Positions 17,837 through 26,000 of a stretch of DNA of 50,672 bases are shown piece after piece. This DNA is from an uncultured Collinsella sp. Lineage in GTDB: Bacteria > Actinomycetota > Coriobacteriia > Coriobacteriales > Coriobacteriaceae. The position numbers and the translations under genes are program-made. How positions within the stretch are numbered: position 1 is the stretch's first letter; each line of letters opens with the position of its first letter. The stretch covers positions 1-50,672 of the forward strand of contig USBX01000001.1 of assembly GCA_900552995.1 (NCBI GenBank), written 5' to 3'. Below the pieces are notes generated by a model. That model worked only from the letters and a program-made list of their open reading frames with translations. It searched no databases and had not been told where the DNA came from.

Positions 17837-18561
17837 CAGTACGCACCCCACGGCAGGAGTTTGTCCCCGAGTCTCACGATCCGGTCATACAGCACCGTGT
17901 GCCGTTCGTCCGGGTTGCCGTCTCGGTGAAAATGGCCGTAATGCCAATGTTTATAGTCTAGGCGGTCCTCGAGCTCGTCGAGGAATCCGGTCAGCCGGTC
18001 CACATCAGGGCGTTCCCAGCCTGGGTCCGGGTAGAGCGTCGGCGAGAGCATGCGCGTCGAGCAGGTATGGGTGATGACGCAGTCGACCTTCCAGCCGACC
18101 TCGTCGAGCTTTGTCCGCGCGGTATCGAAATCGCGCTCGTCCGGGAGCTCCTGAGGCCACCAGCTGGAATACGGCACGCGGTATTCCCTGTCCACGCTCG
18201 TGGCACCGCCCATGGTGAAGACCGTCGAGCCGTCGAGCTCGAAGACCTCGCCGCGCGTCAGGCGCCGAATGGGCGAGGTGTCCGACAGGCGTTGCGTCAG
18301 CCCGCCGTGCCATAACTCCATGGGGCGCTCCGCCCAGTGGTCGAAGCGCTCGTGGTTACCGTCGACGAACAGCACGGTATAGGGGCGCGACTCCAGCCAG
18401 GCGATGTCGGCGCATTCCTCCGCAGAGAAGTTCCACGGAAAGCCAAAGTCACCGGCAACGATGAGATAGTCGTCGCTAGTAAGACTGTCGCCAAGTTTCC
18501 AGTTGCGGAGCTTTTGCATGTCGAGCCCACCGTGGATGTCGCCCGTCACATAGACCGTCAT
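17836..18561 (-). CDS. Calcineurin-like metallophosphoesterase (paralog of 17099-17836)
   Basis: GDIHG, AGDFG, DGNHE and GHFH motifs; likely start MTVYV at 18561. Confidence 0.92.
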   Translation of the reverse strand: MTVYVTGDIHGGLDMQKLRNWKLGDSLTSDDYLIVAGDFGFPWNFSAEECADIAWLESRPYTVLFVDGNHERFDHWAERPMELWHGGLTQRLSDTSPIRRLTRGEVFELDGSTVFTMGGATSVDREYRVPYSSWWPQELPDERDFDTARTKLDEVGWKVDCVITHTCSTRMLSPTLYPDPGWERPDVDRLTGFLDELEDRLDYKHWHYGHFHRDGNPDERHTVLYDRIVRLGDKLLPWGAY

Positions 18562-19196
18562 CGGATTACCTCTTCCCTCTTGTACGCCGCCAGCTCGCGC
18601 TCGACCTGCCTGTCGCCGGTCTCGTTGACCCACCAGGGCCATTTCACCCGGCCGCACGGCTCGTCGACTCCGGCGAACCATTCCCTCAGCTCGTCGAGGC
18701 TCACCGGGGAGTGCCCGTTGGCATCGCAACCGACGTCGTAGCGCAGAAGGCCCTGCTTGCGGTTGAACTCGTTGTACGCGCCGCCGCTGCTGTGGATGTG
18801 CCCGTGGAGGTGCCACGATCCATGGCTCATGCCCTGCCAGTCGGCCATGGGGTAATGGCACAGGATGATCTTCTGCCCGTCGATCTTGAGCACGCAGATC
18901 GGCGGCTCCACGGTGAAGGCGCCAGCGACCGCCGGCTGGGTCCAGTCCTTGTCGTGGTTTCCCGGGACGAGGTGGATGCGTCTGCAGGCGATCCGCTTGC
19001 GAAGCCCGTAGGCGTCCTGGGCGGTCATCTTGAATGAGAAATCACCCAGGATGTAGAGTTCGTCGTCCGCGGCGACCCTGCCGTTGATGTTGTCGACGAT
19101 GGCGTCGTTCATCTGCCAAATCGTCTCCCACGGGCGGTCGGTGAACTTCAGGACGTTCTCGTGCCCGAAGTGCGTGTCACTGGTGAACCAGATCAT
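18558..19196 (-). CDS. Metallophosphoesterase (SDTHFGH type)
   Basis: SDTHFGH, LGDF, GNHD, HYP, HGHIH and DVGCD motifs. Confidence 0.92.
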   Translation of the reverse strand: MIWFTSDTHFGHENVLKFTDRPWETIWQMNDAIVDNINGRVAADDELYILGDFSFKMTAQDAYGLRKRIACRRIHLVPGNHDKDWTQPAVAGAFTVEPPICVLKIDGQKIILCHYPMADWQGMSHGSWHLHGHIHSSGGAYNEFNRKQGLLRYDVGCDANGHSPVSLDELREWFAGVDEPCGRVKWPWWVNETGDRQVERELAAYKREEVIR

Positions 19197-19635
19197 TCCA
19201 TTGTCTCCCTGTCGCTAAAAACCGTTCTCCTTTGCGCAGTTGAGGAGACGTATTTTGAGCGACATGAGGCGTTCGAACCTCATGTTCTGTGCTCCAATCT
19301 GCCGGATTGTTCCAGCTAAAACTTTAAAACCTCGTGCGGATAGAAAACCTTGTCCCGTTTGTGGGGTCATAGTATAGGCACTGTTAGAACTAATAGCCCA
19401 AATCCGTTGCCAACTGGCCGCTATTAGCAACTATTAGGCCTTTTGGACAGCCGAGCTGACTAATAGCCGCTATTTGTTGGGCTGTTTTGCAACCACGAGC
19501 GCCACGAGCGCTGCCATGGATTCTTGATACGGCGCATCGACAACAGCAATGTCAAGCGGGTAGAATGGTGCCGACGGCATCCCAAGTTGTAGAGAGCTGG
19601 GCAGAGCCGTTGCGTTGGAAAGTTAGGTCATCGTC

Positions 19636-19761
19636 TTAACGACGGTGGCCTTTCTTTTTGGGCTTCGAACCCTGCTTGAGTGCCTTGGAAAGGCTGACAA
19701 GGGCCGTGAGGAGCGAGATCAGGGCGGTCAGGAGCTTCACGAACTCGGTGAAATCGGTCAT
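19636..19761 (-). CDS. Type I toxin-like peptide MTDFTEFVKLLTALISLLTALVSLSKALKQGSKPKKKGHRR (41 aa)
   Basis: GGAGGTG RBS; TM helix plus Lys/Arg tail; 5'/3' UTR complementarity; convergent TAGAAT promoter. Confidence 0.72.
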   Translation of the reverse strand: MTDFTEFVKLLTALISLLTALVSLSKALKQGSKPKKKGHRR

Positions 19762-19838
19762 GGGCATCACCTCCCATCGGATGGAGGGCTCTGCCCGGCA
19801 CAAGGGCTGCTGACAGCGCTGCTGATTCTAGCAGAGCG

Positions 19839-20108
19839 TCATTCTTCTTCGATCAATCCGTGCTCCACTCCCTCGCCGGAATCCAGCCTTTCCGCAGCTC
19901 GACGAAGGTGTTCTTGATTCCCGCGACCCCAAAACGGATCGTCTTCGCGCTCGTCACGGGCCTTGAGCTTGCCCCTGACTCTCTCGACGATCTTGTCAAT
20001 CACTTGCCGCCGAACCTCATCCTTAACTTCCTCGCCGATCTCCTCAAATTCCAACGCCGGTCCGTACATGCTCGGCCCTTCCCTGCTCGCGACCTGTTTT
20101 CCAGCCAA
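19839..20108 (-). CDS. Hypothetical protein
   Basis: ORF with protein-like composition; start uncertain. Confidence 0.4.
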   Translation of the reverse strand: MAGKQVASREGPSMYGPALEFEEIGEEVKDEVRRQVIDKIVERVRGKLKARDEREDDPFWGRGNQEHLRRAAERLDSGEGVEHGLIEEE

Positions 20109-20669
20109 GACCGTACTTGCTATTGCTTCTAATAGCCTGAACAGATCTTCGTTCGGCCACTATTAACAACTATTAGTCCAAATCATCCAGTCCACCAGCC
20201 AATAACCACCATTAGCCCAGCTAAACGACCAAAACAAATCGCCCGGTGCACGGAATCTGAACAGTCACGAGATGCGTTAAACTCAACATGCGCGGCCTGC
20301 CCCGCGTGGACAGTTACAGGGCCGGCAGCGTCGCCGGCCCTGTTGCCATTCAATCAGCTGCATAATATACAGGCAGGTCTCCCGAGTACTCCCATCGCCC
20401 TAGTGCGTTGCCATTCAAAGCAACGAGTAACGCTTGGGTAAGAGGGCCCACCTTCACTCTTGGTGAATCACTCGCCGCCCCTGTGCCCTTTTCGGCAATT
20501 TCCTGTACCCCTTTTGGAAACTCGAGTGCCTATCTGGCCGGCGAAAAGATTTAGCGAATTTAGGTGTACCACTTTGTGTTAGTTTGTATTTTAGACAGTA
20601 TTTGTGATACGCTTTGTTTCAATCAGTAGTGGTACGATTTCGCTTGTTCAACGAAGGAGGTAATTGTCT

Positions 20670-20828
20670 ATGGCAGTGGCCGAGGAGAAGAAAAGAATCC
20701 AGGTTACTCTGCCTCTCGAAATTTGGCGTGATCTCGATGACTACGCGAAGAGTCGCGGTGTAGCTAAGTCGTCTATGGCGGCGATCGCTATCGCCGAGTT
20801 TTTGGAGCGTGTTAAAGAGCAAAAATAG
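20670..20828 (+). CDS. CopG-like ribbon-helix-helix repressor (52 aa)
   Basis: MAVAEEKKRIQVTLPLEIWRDLDDYAKSRGVAKSSMAAIAIAEFLERVKEQK; AAGGAGG RBS; upstream of rep. Confidence 0.85.
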   Translation: MAVAEEKKRIQVTLPLEIWRDLDDYAKSRGVAKSSMAAIAIAEFLERVKEQK

Positions 20829-21016
20829 ATATGAAAAAAGCCCCCTAACCGCCAAGTAAGAAGGGCTTCTTTCATGTTCAAATGTGGCTTTCTGGCCTGT
20901 TACCTGCAATCCTAGCACACGTATGCTTCGATTTGGGCCCCTATGTTGAAGTACTACCAAAATACTATGGCATCACTTCGGCTGATGGCTAGATAGCCTC
21001 AACGAGAGGCTAGTTT

Positions 21017-21616
21017 ATGGATACCAAAAATTTAAAACCGGATGTGGGCGGTGGCTATCCGTGGGACACGGATAGCCACCCGTCCGGTCCCGCAAACCCG
21101 TCTGGAATGGGGACGGCGTCCGATTTCGCGAATCAGGCCGTCACAGATGCCGCCATGGCCAATAGTGAGAGTCACCGCGAGGTACTTCGCCGGGCATCGG
21201 ATGAATCGTCCCGTGTCGCCCACATGGTGCAGGATATGGTCAGCGAGAAGGTCGCGATCATCAAGCCGCCATGGATGCTCGAGCTCGGTCTGCCTAGGCT
21301 CGACACCGATATTATGGGGCGGATTTGGTCGTTCCAGCGCAAGGACGTCTACAAATCAACCTGCTACATCAGCCTTGCCACCATGGCGGCTGACGTCAAG
21401 TCGGATCGCTCGAATGTTAAAAAGAGAATCGACAAGCTTGTCGAACTCGGTCTTTTGATTAAGTCGCCGCGCGGGAATAACAAATCGGTTGAGTACCGGC
21501 TCGATATGACGGCGATCGCTAAGCGCAGACTCGAAGTCGAGGAGGGCAAGAAAAAGCAACGTGCTGAGAATTCGGCGAAACGCAAAGCTCAGTGGGACGC
21601 AAAGCATTCTGCCTAG
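21017..21616 (+). CDS. Putative replication initiator (wHTH)
   Basis: CYISLATMAADVKSDRSNVKKRIDKLVELGLL wHTH; flanked by copG and an iteron array. Confidence 0.7.
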   Translation: MDTKNLKPDVGGGYPWDTDSHPSGPANPSGMGTASDFANQAVTDAAMANSESHREVLRRASDESSRVAHMVQDMVSEKVAIIKPPWMLELGLPRLDTDIMGRIWSFQRKDVYKSTCYISLATMAADVKSDRSNVKKRIDKLVELGLLIKSPRGNNKSVEYRLDMTAIAKRRLEVEEGKKKQRAENSAKRKAQWDAKHSA

Positions 21617-21625
21617 TTTGAAGGG

Positions 21626-22130
21626 CTATGGGTTCATACAACCCATAGCCCTATTTCTTTTCCTTACAAACTATGGGTTAAACCAACCTACAGTCTAACT
21701 ATGGGTTGGTTTAACCCATAGTTAGACGAAAAATAATTTTATTGATAGGGGGTTAAATAACGGTTCTTCAGCAAGTCTATCGGTTAGGACAACCCATAGA
21801 CTTGCTCACAGGGATCGCGGATGCTTTTCTGTGACGGTAGAACTATGGGTTGAAAGAACCCATAGAAAATTTAAGCCACTTTTCCGGCTATGGGTTAATT
21901 CAACCCATAGAAAGCGATCGGAAAACGCCAAAAAGTACCGAAATAGTTATTTCAACCCATAGTTTGAGCCTGTGTTAACCTTGGCCAACTTATCAACTAT
22001 GGGTTGTCTCGCGAGACTATGGGTTGAAATAACCCATGCCAACTATGGGTTCAGTTAACCCATGCACTATGGGTTGAAATAACCACAACTATGGGTTGAA
22101 ATAACCACAACTATGGGTTCATACAACCCA
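21626..22130. repeat. Putative origin: about 13-14 palindromic iterons CTATGGGTT-N5-AACCCATAG
   Basis: Copies at about 21626, 21671, 21699, 21777, 21844, 21888, 21940, 21997, 22017, 22043, 22067, 22089 and 22111; some are half-sites. Confidence 0.85.
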
Positions 22131-22245
22131 CCAAGTCTGACTAGAGTGAATTAGATTCACTTAGTCTGAACTCAAGAGGGAAACAGAGAAATCCACCAGA
22201 AAGCATTTAATAATCGAACGATATACAAACAAGAAAAGCCATCGT

Positions 22246-22501
22246 CCTTGCCCTCCGCTCACTGCGTTCGCTCCGCGTCACTAACGCTCCTTGGCGCTCG
22301 CTACGCTCGCCCTCCGGTCGCCTACGGCTCCCTGCGCGTCGGCTGCGCCTCCTTGCCCTCCGTTCGGCTATGCCTCACTCCGCGTCGCCTTCGGCTCCTT
22401 GGCATGGCCTTCGGCCAAAAGTGTGGGGGCTAACGCCCCAGCTCCCCGACTACGTCGCTGTCAGCCCTCAGCGCCGGCGTCGCCTTCGGCTCCCCGGGCG
22501 A
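22246..22501. other. GC-rich multi-hairpin region, plasmid ssi/sso-like
   Basis: Repeated cgctccgc / gtcgccttcggctcc motifs; the 3' end is shared with 13855-13894. Confidence 0.4.
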
Positions 22502-22718
22502 ACTAATCCCACTTAGTTGCAAGCCCTACAATTCGGCAATGACGCCGAATCCGTTTTCCGGTTGATCTGGATACCGACATTTGAACAACCTCACTTCAAT
22601 TACCGGCAGGGAGCTACAGAATCGAAAATAAGACGTCCTATCGGTGAGGTTCGACCGTTTTCTCACTGATAGATAAAACGGGGTCTTAAATCGGCTCTCA
22701 GTGGCCAAGGTAAAAGAA

Positions 22719-22743
22719 AAACGGGCACCTTTCGGTGCCCGTT
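22719..22743 (-). terminator. Intrinsic terminator after the par operon
   Basis: aacgggcacc-tttc-ggtgcccgtt preceded by an A-run on +. Confidence 0.7.
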
Positions 22744-22750
22744 AACTCAA

Positions 22751-23050
22751 CTAGAACTCTTTTTCGGCCAGATAGCGATCGAAAAGCTCCCGAGCGATAT
22801 CCGATACGGACTTGTCCTCCTCGAGCGCCACTTGCTTCAAACGTTTTCGGTAACTCTCCGGAACGTACACGGACAGCTGAACAAGCCTCTCAGATGCCCC
22901 TTCAGCGCCCTTTTTGGGGCGCCCGGCTTTCCGCACCTGAGGAGCCGGTTTCTGGGGCTCAGATGCGCTTTCAACGATTTTCTGCTGCCTCTCCTCGGCC
23001 TTCTCCGCTGCGACGTCGAAGTATGAGGTCGCCTTTTTGAACTTTGCCAT
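22751..23050 (-). CDS. ParG-like RHH centromere-binding protein
   Basis: Flexible N-terminus plus VQLSVYVPESYRKRLKQVALEEDKSVSDIARELF; immediately after parA. Confidence 0.8.
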   Translation of the reverse strand: MAKFKKATSYFDVAAEKAEERQQKIVESASEPQKPAPQVRKAGRPKKGAEGASERLVQLSVYVPESYRKRLKQVALEEDKSVSDIARELFDRYLAEKEF

Positions 23051-23602
23051 TTACAGCACCTCTTCCAGCTCGTTCAGGATGTTTTCAATCGCCTGGGCGG
23101 CCTTGCCGTTTTTCGCGATCTCGTATACGGGCTTGCCCAGGGCCGCGCCCTGTTTGAATGCCGCCGCGGTCGGAACAGTGCCCAGCACGGGAAGGTCATC
23201 GGCCTCAAGAAGCTCGAGGAATTGTCTGTCCACGGTCTGGTTCGCCGCGAAGTTGTTGACGATGATTGCGAACGACAAGTCAGGATTGGCCTCGGTGATG
23301 ACCTTGATCGTGCGTTTCATGGGCTTCAGGCCCAGCGTGCCGGGCTGCACCGGGATGATTGCGATATCCGCATTCTTGGCATACTCGGCGGTGTCGTCGC
23401 TCAGGAAACCCGGCGTGTCGATGACATTCACGGCGTCCTCGTCGTCGAGCAGGTTCTTCTCGTGGTTCGCGCCGCCCTGAGGGTCGAGATTGCCAAATCC
23501 GACTTTGTGGCCGCGGCGCTCGAGACCCCAGGCGATCTCGTCGGCGAACGTCGTCTTGCCGACGCCGCCCTTCTGATTGACTAGCAGGATGTTCGTCGTC
23601 AT
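23051..23602 (-). CDS. parA: ParA-family ATPase (type Ib)
   Basis: NQKGGVGKTT, LDPQ and IDTPG motifs; start MTTN at 23602. Confidence 0.92.
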   Translation of the reverse strand: MTTNILLVNQKGGVGKTTFADEIAWGLERRGHKVGFGNLDPQGGANHEKNLLDDEDAVNVIDTPGFLSDDTAEYAKNADIAIIPVQPGTLGLKPMKRTIKVITEANPDLSFAIIVNNFAANQTVDRQFLELLEADDLPVLGTVPTAAAFKQGAALGKPVYEIAKNGKAAQAIENILNELEEVL

Positions 23603-23619
23603 GTCCTCCCCTTTCTGAA

Positions 23620-23737
23620 ATAGCATAGTCATATATTAGCACATTAACATATGACTATATTAAGTAATTCTAAGTCGCAGTTAGAAATATATGAGCATGT
23701 TAAGTAATTAGTATAGTACTACGTTAACGTGCTCATG
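23620..23737. promoter_or_regulatory. parS/operator-like AT-rich 8-bp-period repeats
   Basis: tagcatag tcatatat tagcacat taacatat gactatat; related motifs at 24671-24698 and 25041-25086. Confidence 0.6.
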
Positions 23738-24098
23738 GCTGTGGGTTGGTTTAACCTACGGTCATCAGATACGGTTACAAGGTCGCTGATTGCGAGACGG
23801 AGACCCTTCCGGCCGCCGACGCGGCGAGTGGGAACGCAAGGGTAAAAACGCATCGTCGCTGAACCAGCGAGTCAGTATTCTTTAGTTAGATGATGGATAT
23901 TGAAATTAATTAGCGAGATAATGTGCATATCGCATAATGTATGCGTTTCACCATGAGAGAGAGGGGTCTGTCATGAGCTGGAAACCGAGAAAATGCGTTA
24001 TTGCCGGTCTCGTGACAAGAGGTCCTGGCGGCGCCTTGTTTGCAACCGCAAGGGCATCGTACCGACTTTTCACTTGCCTGTTCTAAAAGGCAGTTGCC

Positions 24099-24338
24099 AT
24101 GCTGTCGCAAAATCAATCGAGATACTTGGACACAATCGGCTTTACCCTGCTCGCATCACTCTTTGCTAGCGACCTTTTGCTGAAACCGCCCAAGGAACTC
24201 GTTTCGCTTGCTATAGACTGCATTTCCGCCCTTTACTTTACGGCAACCCTAATCGTCGGACTAAAGGAGAGGAAAAAAGGCGCAGTCGCCGCATCCGCCG
24301 TATGCGTGATCATAACCATTGCATCATTCTTTATCTGA
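24099..24338 (+). CDS. Small membrane protein
   Basis: Three hydrophobic segments. Confidence 0.5.
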   Translation: MLSQNQSRYLDTIGFTLLASLFASDLLLKPPKELVSLAIDCISALYFTATLIVGLKERKKGAVAASAVCVIITIASFFI

Positions 24339-24675
24339 CACATTGGTGATTTAGGGGCGATATCGTAGGAATACGACCGGGAGAGTCGGGACCATAGGCT
24401 CCGGTAAGAACCTTCGCCATGCCCCACGCATCGAGCCCGATGATTTCCCCGCCGGACGCCCTGACGGTCACGGCCTCCGGCGTCCACGCGATTTCATCGT
24501 CCGTGAGGCGGATGGGTGTGACGCTGCCGGCGTCCATCCGCCTCACGACCTCATTCCGCTTATCGCGCCAGCCCGGCTTGAGCCATTTGATGACGGTCGG
24601 ACGCGAGACGCCAAGGACGCACGGGCGCAGCTCGAGCTCTAATACATGAGGTCCCAGCTTGTAATGCGTGAACAT
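24331..24675 (-). CDS. Hypothetical HTH-containing protein (possibly truncated)
   Basis: LGVSRPTVIKWLK HTH motif. Confidence 0.5.
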   Translation of the reverse strand: MFTHYKLGPHVLELELRPCVLGVSRPTVIKWLKPGWRDKRNEVVRRMDAGSVTPIRLTDDEIAWTPEAVTVRASGGEIIGLDAWGMAKVLTGAYGPDSPGRIPTISPLNHQCVR

Positions 24676-24777
24676 ATGACTACATTAACATGGTCATGTA
24701 TTACCGAACGTTATATGCTGAGCTGGATCCGCCCGTCTGTTATCTTGGGGGCGACAGTTTCTTGCAAGGAGGCAGCC

Positions 24778-25002
24778 ATGCTCCAGAGTGTCTTTGGATC
24801 CGATGGTCAGATCCATCTTGAGAACCAGGTCAGCAGCCGACGTTTCGACCTCACTACGGGCGAAGTGAAAACGGTCATCCCGACCGCTGGGAACATGAGC
24901 GCCGTTTTCGGCAAGGATGGCGTGGAGACGGAGATCCAGGTGGGGCAGATGCGCCAAACACTGGGCAAGCCTGGCTTCGATTGGCTGTTTAATAAGCACT
25001 AA
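24778..25002 (+). CDS. Hypothetical beta-rich protein (74 aa)
   Basis: AAGGAGG RBS before ATG 24778. Confidence 0.65.
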   Translation: MLQSVFGSDGQIHLENQVSSRRFDLTTGEVKTVIPTAGNMSAVFGKDGVETEIQVGQMRQTLGKPGFDWLFNKH

Positions 25003-25281
25003 CGATTGAGTTATTGCAGCATAATCGCAGCTATAAATAGGTGACCATATGACCATGCTAACATGTGCGCACAGTCATATGGTCACAGTTGTAGATCGGT
25101 TGAATTTGCGGGAGGTTTTGCCCGAAGAATCCGGCACCGCCGGATTCTTTTGGAACGGCCTCTCGTTTGATTGCTTTCCTATCGTTTGTTCCCAGACTGG
25201 GCGTCTAAAAAAGGCGGCTGAACCGGCCGCCCACAAATAAATAAACATTTACCGAATGTAAGAGGAGAGGAACGATGTACA

Positions 25282-25935
25282 TTACTCCCAGTGACCGGCG
25301 ACGTCGACAACCCAATGCTGTCCCGTAGCCTGCTGTTCATAATGTCCCTGGTCTTCAGATGTGGTATACGAATCATCTACAACGGATCCACCGATACCGC
25401 CGTTTTCGCCATCGTTAATAATCCAAGCGTAGGCGGCATCTTCGGAATCGAAGGGCCCTACCATAGTACCACCATGGTTGACCCAGAAACGAGGATGGCG
25501 CGTATACACTACATTCGGCACCCAGACCTGGCTGTAATCTGTCTCCCAGTGTCCCTGCTCGGCAACCCACTTCTTCTGGCTACCGCCGTTGGAAGAGGAA
25601 TTGTTGCTGCCGGAACTCTGCGAATTGCTGGAATTCTGCTTGGAGTCGGAGGAGTTTCCCTTGCTGTCAGACTTCGACGAGTCGGAAGACTTGTTATCCT
25701 CTTTCTTGGAGTCATCGGACTTCTGGTCCTTGTCGTCGGATTCTTTCTTCTCCTCGGTCTGGGTTCCAGAGGTTTGCGTCGCCTTTTCTTCGCTTGGCCT
25801 CTTTTTGTCTTTATTCTTTACCGCTGTGGCGGCCCTTTCCGTAGAGCCGCTTTCTTGCTTTGCAACGCTGGCACATCCAAGTTGAGGTGCCGAAAGGCAC
25901 ACCAGAAGCGCAACGATAATAGCCTTTGTTCTCAC
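25282..25935 (-). CDS. Secreted/lipoprotein with Ser/Lys/Asp linker and GHWE repeats
   Basis: GTG start after GGGAG; signal peptide with LGC; repeated QGHW/QGHY. Confidence 0.75.
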   Translation of the reverse strand: MRTKAIIVALLVCLSAPQLGCASVAKQESGSTERAATAVKNKDKKRPSEEKATQTSGTQTEEKKESDDKDQKSDDSKKEDNKSSDSSKSDSKGNSSDSKQNSSNSQSSGSNNSSSNGGSQKKWVAEQGHWETDYSQVWVPNVVYTRHPRFWVNHGGTMVGPFDSEDAAYAWIINDGENGGIGGSVVDDSYTTSEDQGHYEQQATGQHWVVDVAGHWE

Positions 25936-26000
25936 ACCGATCTCCCTGCCCATGAAACCGGGCGTTGGACACCAGCCGATATCCAACGCCCGGCTCGCTT

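Noticed and set aside
18562..18861. N-terminal extension of the 341-aa phosphoesterase ORF
   Set aside because: It overlaps the upstream gene; the paralog and the ATGA coupling place the start at 18561.
21626..22130. CRISPR array
   Set aside because: Spacing is irregular (0 to ~55 bp), the variable part lies inside each palindrome, there are no cas genes, and the array sits next to rep. Iterons fit better.
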